From: the human T2T-CHM13v2.0 reference genome, Homo sapiens
Strand: one strand, 5' to 3'
Assembly (NCBI RefSeq): GCF_009914755.1
Contig: NC_060945.1
Length of the DNA: 64,000 nt
In this document: positions 1 to 13,021 of the stretch, in pieces
Numbering within the stretch: the first letter of the stretch is position 1
How the letters are laid out: each line of letters starts with the position of its first letter
Made by a program: the position numbers and the translations under genes
The notes under the pieces: generated by a model
What the model was told of the DNA's origin: nothing
Seen by the model: the letters and a program-made list of their open reading frames with translations, nothing else
The model's database searches: none

Positions 1-256
1 TTTGCTCTTATCTCCTAGAGGCCCTTCTTAGGCCCTTGCATGAGGGCGCCTGTATCTCAGAACCAGCAACAACTTGAAATCAAATCCTTCTTGGGATTAG
101 ATTTGTTCTGACTTTCTCTTTTCTTCCTCTTTCCCCATTGCTCCATCTCTTTAAACTGATTCTCTGCCTTTCTTTTCTGATTTTAAAGGACCATGGAATT
201 TCACTGAGCCTACCAGATAATCCAGGATAAGCTCCCTATTTAAGGTGATTAGTAAC
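1..256 (-). mobile_element. MLT1-family (MaLR) LTR fragment, interrupted by MER21 and resuming at ~1190
   Basis: 'ccagataatccaggataagctccctatttaaggtgattagtaac' joins to 'cttaattgtatctgc' after the insert; resembles an antisense MLT1 LTR. Confidence 0.55.
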
Positions 257-1184
257 TGTGATGTTGTGAAATACATATTTGGTCTTTGTCCTATTTCCTG
301 GCATACAGCTCCTAAAATCCTTAGAATCCTCCAGAGTAGTAAGAGTGTCCTTTTTATGCTAATGAGACGCCTGGTGGCTGGGGCCATCTAGATTGCCTCA
401 TGACTGGGGCTGGTCATAAGAAAGACCAAGCCATGACTATGGGGTTGGAACTTTAATCCCATCCCCAACCTCCAGGTTGGAAGAGAAGATAAAGGATAAA
501 TTGATCACTAATGGTCAGTGGTTTAATCAATCGCACCTATGTAATGAAACTTCCATTGAAAACTCCAAAGGACTGAGTTCTGATGGCTTGGGGATAGCTG
601 AGCATTTGGAGGATTTGGGAGGGTGGTGCACCCATGGAGGGCATGGAAGCTCCGTGCCCCTTCCCAAATGCCTCACCTTATGCATCCCCTGCATCTGGCT
701 GTTCATCATATTCTTTGTCATATTCTATTTGATATTATTGTAATTTTATATTATATAATATTGCAATAGCATATTATAATATTACAATATTATTTGAAAT
801 ATTCTTTATAATAAACCAGTGTATTTGTGTCCCAGAGTACTGTCAGTTGCTGTAGTATATTAATAGAATCCAAGAAAGCAGTTGTGGGAAGCTAGTTCGT
901 CAGAAGCAAAGGTAAAACAACCTGAGGCTTGTGATCGGCATGAAAGGTAGCGGCAGTCTTATGGGACTGAGCCCTCAACCTGTGGGATCTCAGGTTGCTT
1001 CCAGGTAGATAGTGTCAGAATTGATTTAGAGGACACCCAGCTAGTGTCTGCTGGAGATTCATCTGTGGAATTGCTTGGTGTATGTGGGAAGTCCCCCCGC
1101 CCCTTGCCCCGTCGCATTGGTGTCGGAAGTATTGAATGAGTGAATGATAATAGGAAAAACACTTCAGATTTCTGCATTCTTACA
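257..1184 (+). mobile_element. MER21-family solo LTR
   Basis: TG...CA termini; start 'tgtgatgttgtgaaatacatatttggtc' resembles MER21; 5-bp TSD GTAAC at 252-256 and 1185-1189. Confidence 0.8.
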
Positions 1185-1319
1185 GTAACCTTAATTGTAT
1201 CTGCTAACAGTGCCTAGATTCATTTTGAATAACTAGAGGATGGGGATCTTGTGGGAGACATCTTTAGAATTGTTGCCTACCACAGTGCCATGTCTTGGGA
1301 TGACTCATGCTCAAATAAT

Positions 1320-1320
<1 letters not shown>

Positions 1321-1352
<32 letters not shown>
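1321..1352 (+). repeat. Poly-T tract (T32)
   Basis: Uninterrupted T run. Confidence 0.95.
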
Positions 1353-4200
1353 CTACAGCAGGATACAGTAGAAGGGAGCTAGGTGGTAGCACAGAACCTA
1401 TTCTCTGGGGAAGAACTGACATAGGAGACGTGACTAAGTTGCAGTTGACGGTAAGGGGGTGGTGAATTGGGGGGCTCAATTTTTGAGGAGAGTTGCAGTC
1501 TAATTTTCAAGGCAGAAAAAAGTCATTTCCAGTTAAGTCCATAGTGAGTAAACAAGAAAGCAGGGGATACAGAGAGCCAAGTGGACGGTGATTATCATTC
1601 ATAGAATTGATCTGTCTGTAGGCGTAGGTCTCCTTTGCTGGGTGGGTTCAGGACAGGGCTTCGGTCTTCAGGTGGTGAAAGACGATGGGGTGATCATGGG
1701 GTTTTAGGCAGAGGACAGGTCAAAACTAACTTATAGGGTTAAAATAAAACAAAAAGACAAAGAAAGCAAATGTGGAACAAGGGCAATTTAGGGACAAGAG
1801 CCAGCTGCATGCAATCCTTGATGATGACAATTTCTGGCACTGACTTGATGTAAATCATTTTTACAAAGAAGCCTAATGGTTTATCAGTAGTGCTGTATAA
1901 ATACAAATGTCTAGTCTAAATCCTTCTGCCTTTAGAGCATGTCCCATTTCTCCTCTTGTAAATGCAGTGGCATAGCTGACAATATATAACAAGAGTCGGT
2001 AGCTTACTATGTTTCAGAGGTGGAAGCGGGCAACATTCCTCAATCGGCTTTTCTTTTGTTCTATAGATTAAATATATATATATTTTTTGCCAGTTGGTTT
2101 ACTTTTAGCACATGTTACAAAGAACTTTAGAGAAGAGAGACAAAATGTGAACGCAAATAGACATTTACAAAGATTGAAAATAACCTTTTTTCCCTTTTCC
2201 TAGTTTTAAATACTTTAAAAGATTTGTTTTTGGTCTGAGAAAAAGAGAATATTTCTTGGTAACCTAGAAGGGTTCTTGGATCTGAAAGGAGAACCTTAAT
2301 TAATCCTTTGGGGAAGACATCATTGAGACCTAGGGAAGCAAAGTGAAGATTTTCAGAGTGTTTTTAGAGCTCTTTCCCAGGCTACATTTGCTGGACTCTG
2401 CCTGTTGTCTTGTGGCCAAAGACCTTCATGCCAGATAGCCATTTGCTATTAGATGTGAGTGTATGTGTGTCTGGTTGGGGAGAAGTTGGGGGAAAATGTA
2501 GTAATTATTGACTAGCATTACTCTGGTTTTAGTCAACTTGCACCTCTATAATAAGCAACTTTCTGCTTCACATTTTTCCTCCATCTAGCTGACCTGGCTA
2601 AAACTGAACCTAGCAGATGATTGACCATGGCATTAGCCGACACCATACTGCCTCCAGCTTCCTGTCTTGGGTTTCCTCTCCTGGGTTTGTTATATTTCAA
2701 GTCTGGTTCTTCTCCAACCAGTTCACTATCCCAAAGATTGCTTTAGTTATGACATGAGTGGGCTATATGTGAGTTAAGTGTCAGAAAGATGAGAAATTCT
2801 TCCCTTTATTCATTCACTGATAGTCTTTGCAAGTTACATAACCATCTGTATTTGAATCTATATATTTGTTCCACGAAAAGGGAAAATAAATGCTTTAATT
2901 GGTATGAACTAATCTTTTAGATCATCATGCAGATACAAAATGCTGTGCATTTTGCTACAGATTATCGATGTTTTTGCTAAGACAAACACAATGGCTATGA
3001 TTAGTGTAGCAGGTATTTGAAATAGAACACAAACAATAGGAAAAAGGCAATGATTTATAAGACACTGAAGGGGAAGTGGGATCTCATCATTGTCTCAGGA
3101 CATGATCGGGATTCCTGGAGAGTGTGTGGTACATGATGGCCAGTTATCTGGCTCGGGTTGTTTTTGCTAATCTGACTCCCACACTTGGACTCTGTATAGA
3201 TTTCAATGAAGAACAGCTTCATCTATCATTGGGAACTACTGTGTATTCTTTTTGGGGGAATGATGGGTGAAGCAATATTAAGGTCATGTAGAGGAAAAGT
3301 ATCTCCTTTTCTCTTTGTTCAGTTATCATCATCATCATCATCATCCACCACATTGTGAATTTCAAGTGGTGAGGAGTGTGCCTACAGTTTGAATAATGGC
3401 ATGATCAATTCCCTTTACTTTTTCCTCTCAAAGTCTCTATATACTCCTTGTGTAGGGATAGAACAGAACCTAGATTACTTGACTATAGAAGCTTTTATAC
3501 CTATAGAACTTTTTGTAGAGAGAATGGTGTATTCAGGGGAGAGCCAGCATTCAACTAAGGTAAAAAGAGAGTTTATGCCAAGTATTTCAACATGCGGGAG
3601 GGTTTTATTTTAGATGAAAAAGGCAAGGAAGCATACTTGCAAGAGAATGCATCTATAATATTTGGAAAGGCAGAGATAGGATATGCCAGATGTGAGGGAG
3701 TGGGTTTGGGTCAAAAGTATATGTAGCTGAAGAAGGTTGTCTTCTGTTATATGATAAAGTCCTCAGGAATAAGAATTATATTTGGGATGACCGTGGCATG
3801 CTACAAAATAATTTTAGTGTTAAATATTTGCCCAATATTGGCAAGTAAATGATGACATGTATTATATCATAACTTGACAGAAAACAGTTTGAAAGAAGGA
3901 TGTTTTAATATGGTATTTTTCTATGTTTGAAGATTGGGGCAAATGATTTAAAATTCTGCTTTTGAGAGTTCTTAATTTAGAAAAATAAGTTACTGTGCTA
4001 TAGGAGTTTATTTTTATTCACTTTGGAATTTATATTTTAATTCACTTTGGGATTCACATTTACTTAAAATAACTTCTTGACATTCATTTGAAACATGAAA
4101 TGTAATAAATAATTAAAATTTCAAGAGAGGATTTGATAAGTAAGCTTATATTCCAGCTCTAAAAAATTCTAGTATTCCCCAGCTAATACTGGAAACCATC

Positions 4201-4596
4201 TGTGATGGTTAATACTAAGTGTCAATTTGATTAGATTGAAGGGGATACAAAGTATTGATCCTGGGTGTGTCTGTGAGTGTGTTGCCAAAAGAGATTCACA
4301 TTTGAGTCAGTGGGCTGAGGAAGGCAGACCCACCCGTAATCTGCTGGGCACAATCTAGTCAGCTGCCAGCGAATATAAAGCAGGCAGAAAAACGTGGAAA
4401 GGAGAGATGGGCCTAGCCTCCCAGCCTACGCCTTTCTCCTGTGCTGGATGCTTCCTGCCCTTGAACATCGGACTCCAAATTCTTCAGTTTTGGGACTCAG
4501 ACTGGCTCTCTTTGCTCCTCAGCTTGTAGACAGCCTATTGTGGGTTTGTGATCGTAAATACTTAATAAACTCCCTTATCTATCTATCTAATGTATC

Positions 4597-4644
<48 letters not shown>

Positions 4645-4693
4645 GTATCTAGCCTATTAGTTCTGTCCCTCTAAGAAAACCTTGACTAATACA
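4201..4693 (+). mobile_element. MLT2A (probably MLT2A1) HERV-L solo LTR
   Basis: Termini 'tgtgatggttaatact' and 'gactaataca'; AATAAA at ~4564; near-TSD CCATC (4196-4200)/GCATC (4694-4698). Confidence 0.88.
4576..4650 (+). repeat. (TATC)n microsatellite inside MLT2A
   Basis: Interrupted tandem TATC units. Confidence 0.95.
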
Positions 4694-6292
4694 GCATCAT
4701 TTTGATTTCTTTTAGAAAGTAGGTAACTTTTTTCCCCCATGTTTTATATTTCTTTCTTTCTATGTATGTTCATGAAAACAATGTCACTTTTATTTTTATG
4801 CTAATATTTGTAATCTGTTATTATACTTTGTTTTAGATATAAAAATATGAGGCATTTAGCTGAATCTACTCTGACCCTGAACTTCCTTCTTGAATAAATT
4901 CCTCATTTGAACTTAGTTGAACTTCATCTTTTCATCAGTAAATGACAGAATATTTAACTTCGTGATCTGTGAGCAATACATAGTTAACTGAATCAAAGGA
5001 TGAAACAAACTTTATTAAGCCTGCTTTTTTAGAATCAGAAAATTATGATAGTCACTGTTTTGGTCAGTGTCCTTTGACATTTTATCAGCATTCAGCATGT
5101 TATTATTTTAGCAAGAGTAATTGCTTCAATCACCTAATCAACCTCACTAGCTTCATAGTAAAGGAGGTATAAATCATCATCCTGCAAAGGTTTAAGACCT
5201 TCTCTGTAAAGAATGTGAGAAGTCAGGTTTCTTTTTAAAAGTATATGCAGTGCCTACATTTCTGTTTTTTGTCTCCTGGGATTACTGTGATTCTGGTATT
5301 TCACAGTGCCAGATTTCTGAGTTCTACGTGGATATGTGAAGTCTTACTGCCTAGAAAACTGTGAGCTGCTAGATCATCACCTTAACAGGGAAAAGCTAGT
5401 TTCTATGAAACCATTTTCCTCACTTGATCATTTCAATTAGAAAAATGGAAGATCATTCTTTGAAAATAAATATTTTTAGGGGGTTCCATCTTCATTTTCA
5501 CATTTAGAAAGATAATTGAATGTAATTTTTCATTGCATATTTTACCTGTAAAATTTTTAGTTATTATTATATTTTACTCAGATGGAAACATAATAATACT
5601 ACAGATAGCATCCAATTTTACTAAATACAAGCACCTTGAAAAGCCAACACCTTTAATGGTACATGAAGGAGTGTGTCAAATTAAAGAAAACAAAACTTTA
5701 TTATTGTTCTCTTTTTTGTTTTTTACAGCATGCAACCTCAAAGAGAAAAGTTTGAGGAAATCACTTCAAGGACAAAAAATTGCAATGTAAAGAGAATTAT
5801 TTATCTCCAAATTCCAGATTACCCCCCTGCCCAACCCCTGCCAGCAGCACCGTCCACATGGTTTCTCATTTAGTTTTGTGTTAGTTTAACAAAGTAGACT
5901 CTGCAATCTGGATAAAATAGTAAGTCACCTCAGGTAGGTGCCAATAGGATGCTCCTTTGGACATTGCAGATTTTAAGTACTGTCTTTTTATAATACAGGA
6001 GGCATGTACAAGTCTGTCATATGTGGAAATGTTGTGAACCCATCATATATACAATGTGCTGTTTTAGAAGACAGATTGTCCATTTAGGTGTGTTATAACA
6101 ACCTAGATGGGAAGTTACTTTCCGGTGTGTTCAAAGTTCCTTATCTGATTCTGCAGAGGCTGGGATCTGAGCAGGTCACTCTATCTCTGGAGGCCTGTTA
6201 CTTGATGATAAATACTAATAAACATCTCCCGTCAGACATCTCATCTTTTTGTGGATTCCTGTAGTACTCTTACCCTTTCTACAAACATGTAA

Positions 6293-6563
<271 letters not shown>

Positions 6564-7958
6564 ATATAATATTCTTATTTAACCCTTGGTTAATATATTG
6601 GCATCAGTTTGTTTTAACAACAATAACATAATTATCCCTAATAATCAGCATTATAAAAGCTATCATAATCGCTTACATAACTACAACTATTATCTAGACA
6701 ATAATAGGTTAGATTAATAAGAATTCAGTGTTATTCAACACATTGCTAAAATGTTTCCATGTACTTTTATCTTATAAGCTAAATCTTAGGAGCTGTTACT
6801 CCTGGAATAGAACAATATTTCATTAATATATTTAAAATTTTAAATTAGTAAACATTTTTCTGAGAGATTCTGATTCTATGGAGAAAAAATAATGTGATCA
6901 AGAATTTCTATTGCTGGAAACAAACTAACAAATCATTTAGTTCGAAAGCCCCTCTTACAAATGCAGGAACTGAGCTGATTGACTCTTCATTTAATGATAA
7001 TACTATTAACAGGTAATGCAGTTTTGAAGGAAAGCACAGGCTGAATACAGAAATCTCTTTCCAAGAGGTGGTGAGTCTTTACGACAATTGAATACGTGTT
7101 ATTTTTATTCACTAAAATTTGGCTAAGATTGAAAGGGTAAACTTTGTGGGTCTTTCAGGAGATCTTTTACTAAAATAAGTAGGGCCTTAATCACTGCTGA
7201 ATGAACTTTGTACAGAATGGGCCCACAGGCCTCATCTGTTGTAGCTGGGATTGCTTTGAGAGAAGTGGATTTGTTGAAAAGTGGATGGAAGAACACAGGA
7301 TTTAGAATTGGCATATTTGACTATAGCTTCTGCATCCACCTATCTCTGCGCTATAGAAATGATTAAAGAGAAGTGGGAAAAATTCATAAACTTTATGATT
7401 ATTTTTAATTTTAAGGAGGACATGGGACCTTTATTAAAAAAAATATTCCCATATATGAAAGATTCTTATTTCTATAATGGGGAAATGGCGAGACTATGAA
7501 AAAAAAAAAACAAATATGTAATTGAACTTTAATGTATAATACCAAAATAAACTATAGGTCACCTTTGGCAGTATATATGTTTAAAAATAATTTCGACGTT
7601 TAAAATGCCTTAAGAGAGGACCATTAAGGTCAGATTGAGAAGATAAAAGAATTGATCTTTTAGGGTGCCATTCTACTCTATAGCTCTGTAATTTCTATGG
7701 TTATGATGGTTCTCTTTTGTTAAATAAGGACTTATAGAAATTATTTATTTTATCTGTTTGTATTTATTTATTTGCCTGTTGGTACTAGTCAACTGCTTCC
7801 CCTTACTTCCCTCCACTTGCTACAACTAATCAAATGTCATATTTTAAGATTATTTACCAAGGTTGCTTTAAATTTTTGTCTCCTTTTTAAAGTGTGAAAA
7901 TTATTTATTTTAAAGTTAGCATTCATTTCATTATTCCTTCTTTAATAAAGTATTTATT

Positions 7959-8259
7959 GGCCGGGCACAGTGGCTCACACCTGTAATCCCAGCACTTTGG
8001 GAGGCTGAAGCGGGTGGATCACAAGGTCAGGAGTTCGAGACCAGCCTGGCCAACATGGTGAAACCCTGTCTATACTAAAAAAACAAAAATTAGCTGGGTG
8101 CAGTGGTGCACCCCTGTAATCCCATCTACGCAGGAGGCTGAGGCAAAATCGCTTGAACTCGGGAGACAGAGGTTGCAGTGAGCCGCGATCACGCCACTGC
8201 ACTCCAGCCTGGATGACAGAGCGAGATTCTGTCTCCTCCGTCTCAAAAAAAGAAAATAA

Positions 8260-8294
<35 letters not shown>

Positions 8295-8295
8295 A
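7959..8295 (+). mobile_element. AluS (Sg-like) with (AAAT)n tail
   Basis: Full dimer starting 'ggccgggcacagtggctcac'; 'ggatcacaaggtcaggagttcgagaccagcctggcc'. Confidence 0.93.
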
Positions 8296-10136
8296 TTCTT
8301 TATTGAATGATGGAATTCATGTACTTCCAAAGTTCTGAGAGGCAAAACATGGTGATGGCTGATTCTTTGCCTGTAATATCTTGCTATGTTATCAAAGCAA
8401 GTCAAATATATAATTATAATATAGTTTAAGAAGTGCCGTAATAGATGAACAGTACTACTATGGGAATTCTGAAGAAAGGAATGCAAATCGGACAGGGGGA
8501 AGAGAAAATGTTTTCTGTTTCTGAATAGCCAGGGATATTTATGACATTGGACTGATAAATGCAGAGATCTCATTCATGCCTCCCTGAGCTAACATGTATG
8601 TTTCCCTTACTACTATGCAAACTTCAAGAAGGGAAACGTTTTCTACAGTATCTAGAATAGTTTTTTGCATAGAGTAGACATACATGAAACAATGATACAC
8701 ATTAATTACTTTCTCAGTAAGCTTGATAAAATGGAAGATGCTCAATAACAGTTCAGTTTCTTGTCCCTTGAGAAGTGGTGCATGAATTGTAGCCTGGGTA
8801 AGTTTCATGTCTTTGTATGCTTTTGTTTCTTTTTTATGTCTAAATAGTAAATCAGGAGGAATTTCTTGGATATGCTGGTGGTTAAGACTTGATTCTTTGG
8901 TTTTAATAATGTTAATATATTGAGGTTTAGTTGTGACTGAATATAAAATTCATTGTTTTTAACTTAAAACTTTAAAATCAAATTGCAGAAGCCTTGGCCA
9001 AGGAATAATTGTATAAAATACAGTGTCTGAACTTGCAAGCTGTTCTTTTATCTGATTTGTGAACATTTATTAACATGACCTTATGTATTAGAATGTCCTA
9101 TACAAACATGTCAAACAATCAAAATTCAAAGCTTTTCATTTTCAAAAGCTGCCTAAAATGCCACTCTCTCTAGACAATCACCCTGGAAGTAATGGTCTCT
9201 TCTCTGAACCATCATAATTCTCTGGTTCTTTCAAGAAAGAGTTAAATGCTTTCCAGTAGTTTCTTTCTGATCTTGATTGTTCTCAGGGGTCTCCTCAGAG
9301 TTATTTTATATATTTTCCTTGAAATTTTAAAGAGTTATTTGTGGATGAATTCTCATAGAATATATTTAATTATGGAGGTTCTCATTATGCTTCATACATG
9401 GGAAGTAATTCTGAAACAAAGAAAGTAAAAGGCCGTAAACTCTCTATGGGCTGCTTTATTAATCAAAGGAGATATAGAATTAACCCATTAGAAGTACTCT
9501 ACTTTCTCTGAGGGGAACTTCTTTGTTCTGTAGATTGGTATATAAATTGAAATGTAATTATTTGCTCAGTTTTATTAACATATTTAAAAAGTAATTGAAT
9601 ATTTGCAGATGAGAGAGAAAGAAGCAATAAATCAAGCTACTAAGCATTTATTGAACATAGACTTGCTCCTTTAAAAAAATTACATTCCAGTTTATATAAT
9701 GAGAATGCAGAAATGTTCCCCATCTTTCCAAGTCTTCTTCATCCTTCAGTTTAAAGGAAAGACATCAAGTTGACATTTTGGGAAGATGGAGGCAGTAGCT
9801 TACATTTTGATTCTCCCTAAGTGTTTCTATTATGCAAATACAGAGGAAGAAAACCAACTAGAAAGTATGGCAGTTTTCTGAGAATAGCACTCAAAGCTGG
9901 ATCTCAAATAGCACTCAAATTAGATCTCAGGATCTAATTTGCTGGTTGGTTCATGGAGACCACAGTAAGATATGGATCCTAAGAACTCTCATACTATAAA
10001 TCAGAAACTCTTATACTATAAAACAGACGCTCTCTTCCAGGTCAAAGCTTTGAAATAGGAGACACTTTTTGGACTAGAATTCATACTGACCAGGATAGTG
10101 ACAGCAAGCTCAAAGGAAAATGTTGGTCCAGGAGTC

Positions 10137-10360
10137 AGGAGTTGGCAAACTTTTTCAGTAAAGGTCCATAAAGTAAATTTGCAAGCTCTATTGGGGTCCA
10201 CATATGGTCTCCTGTATCTCTTTTCTCCCTCTCTCTCTTCTTTCCTTCTCTTTTATTTTTAACTCTTGAAAAGCCTAAAAAATATTCTTAACTTGTGAGC
10301 AATGTGAAACAGGCCCAAGGTTCATATTTAGTCCACAGGTTGTAGTTTGCTTGAACTCTG
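10137..10360. mobile_element. MER58-family hAT-Charlie MITE
   Basis: Degenerate TIRs 'caggagttggcaaact' and 'agtttgcttgaactctg'; ~220 bp. Confidence 0.7.
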
Positions 10361-13021
10361 TAGAAATGAAAAAGGGAAGCAGAGGAAGCAGGTCTCAGAA
10401 AGTAGGGCTCCACAGAGGGCGCTTTAGAGCCACAAAGTTGGAAATGCTGAAAGGGCTCATCACTCTTTTCTAAAAGGACATGAAAACTTATTTTACTTAA
10501 AACAGAGCAATAGAAAAAGGTGAGTCAAGTCTTATACCAATTTAACATTGGGAAAAAAAGAATAAGGAGTACCAGAAATCCTTATAGATTAAAGAATACT
10601 TGAGAGACATACTCTCAAAGAAATAAACACTGTAACCTAATATTTGAAAACAAAATATGTTAAGAATATGATAAAAAGTGTGAGTGACCAACGCACATTA
10701 GAATAATGAAAACACAGAAATGTACTAAAATACACTACTCTGAAGAAATGTTTGCAAAGTTTTTTTGTGTATATGCACGCATATATAAAATAGGTTTATT
10801 GAATGAATGCTGATTTCCATTGTCAAATGTGAGCCTAAAAAATTAACCCTCCCTCTTTATGCTTTTGCATCTAAAAGAGGTTCTCTGGGTTTTATAAAGC
10901 ATATAATGAGATACTGTCTTAATTCTCTGTCTCTTATCAGGTATTTTGTCTGAGAGAATTTCCTGATTTTTGAAGCCATCTAATAATTGGAGTATGTACT
11001 AAACAGATAGGAATTTATTTTGTGAGAAATTTTATTGAACAGGTACATGATAATAGAAATAATGTTTGTAAGTTCAGAAGTTAGAATAAATTAACCCTAT
11101 TTTCAATAAGCAAATTATATGAGTGAGATGGATATTTTCTTACATTCATTTCTTCATTATTGTTTTGATCGAGTCTCAAAGGATGATTAAATCTGTTGAA
11201 TTTTATCAAATTTATCATTTATCTGAAAGATGACCTTTTCTAAACTACATAGTGCACTTTATGAATGTGCACCATTCTGGGAGGAGAGGATTTCCACTTT
11301 TCTAATATTACACTTCTTGTAATCAATGCTGTTCTCTGGAGGATTTTTGTTTCATGGACTAGATGTTCTTTGTAAATTCTCAACATGACCTAATATAAAA
11401 ATCAATACATCTTTAGGTAAGTTCATTTCTATTATTAGATCTGGCTGTAGCTTCACGCTAACGTGTTTCGAAATATAAGCAGCTCCCTACCACAGGGCAT
11501 GGCTTTTTCCCGGTAATGTATTAAATTTCATTATGGTAGAAACCATTACAACAAAAATAAAATCCACTACAGTCTCCCAGCTCTAGCAGATTGCCAGCAA
11601 TGTGTTTGCTTTAATGTTCTCATTACAATATTTATCTTGATTAAGGCAAAAATGCTTTTGTCCAGGTCGTATCTCTATTAGTGATCTCTCTCCACAACAA
11701 CAGAACATGGGGTTCCTGGCTTAGCAAGGACTGAAGGAAACACTTTACCGTGACACTTGAGTGAGGACAGACAGGTAAACGACTGGGAGCTTAGAGCAGA
11801 AGGAAGGAAAGCCATGCACACAGCACTAGTTACAAGATAGATTAGCATGAACAATGTATTTCACAGACTAAGAAAATGATGATTAATTCTACATTTGGCC
11901 TATTCTTGAAGAAACTTGCCCAAATTGAACAAAAGGTGCCAAAAGAAGCCCTGGGGACATTTGAGGTCTGCTTTATTTTATTCCCTTTTTGACCAGGGAG
12001 GTGATTAAGTAAGCTCCAACTTGGTTTTTTTAGCCATCATTAGAGCATTCCAGCACAAGGAAAGAATTTAGAGGCTCTTTGAAGTGGTTGTAGAAAGATT
12101 TGCATTGAACTATACTCCTCCTAGAATTGAGAGTATTTGGAATACTTTAGTGACTGAGGTTTCTATTCATCTTACTCTTCCATCAGAGCACAACTTTTTG
12201 TAATTCTTATGTGTATTTGGATGTGTGTGGCTTTTTATTGGTCACCCACATTTTTCATTATCTATTAAAAATCTCATTCATATTCTAGCTTCTTAATGAT
12301 GTGTTTGATTGAAATAGTCAGGCTATGTTTTTTCAAGTTTAGCATAGTGAAAAGAGAGATACTTTTGAAGCAAAATTATTATGCATATGCAAGGGAGCTG
12401 TGAGTCAGCAAGTTAGCAGAAATTATTGGGGCCTGATCACAATGGCGGTGTGAGAGGTGTTCTCCAGGTGAGTTGGAAAGGGGCAAAAGGGCAGTTATAG
12501 GACACGATGGAGAAAATCAATCTTCAAAGCTTCATGATAAAATTTCAATATTTAGTTTGAATTATTTCCAGAATAATAGACGTGCTCAAAATAACGACAC
12601 TAAAAATAGTCTTTAAAGACATGTAATTCTTGGATTGTCTGCAAGTTGGGTTAATAAGAACTGTTGTGTCCTTTGATAAGCACTGATAATTTTATTCCAT
12701 TGTTTAATCTAATTCTCATGTTGGTGTCCCATCATTAAGATTTTGTAACATCACCTTGAATCTTAAAAGCAAAAGTATTCAAGATGGGTCTTAAAATTCC
12801 ATTGCTGTGTGCCATGAGCATTTTTTTTGACATTTCATGTTCTATGATGCTTAAGGGGAAAACATCATGAAAATCATTACCCTAATATTATTATCCAACA
12901 TGGCTGCTCACAGGTTAGGAGGAAAAGCTCCAGGATTGTTGCAAGGGGATGGGGACTTACCTAGTGAAGAAGTAGACTAAAAGTTGAGAGTTGTTTTTTT
13001 AATCTCTTAAAGAGTTCTTTT

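Noticed and set aside
8070-8573. 167-aa ORF and similar ORFs at 46046, 57331, 35974, 26594 and 28110
   Set aside because: Antisense Alu translations (LECSG...AHCNL motifs) extended into AT-rich flank.
12400-12473. TGAGTCAGCA (AP-1/MAF-like) motif and CAG|GTGAGT donor
   Set aside because: Isolated short motifs expected by chance in 64 kb; no matching acceptor or coding signal.
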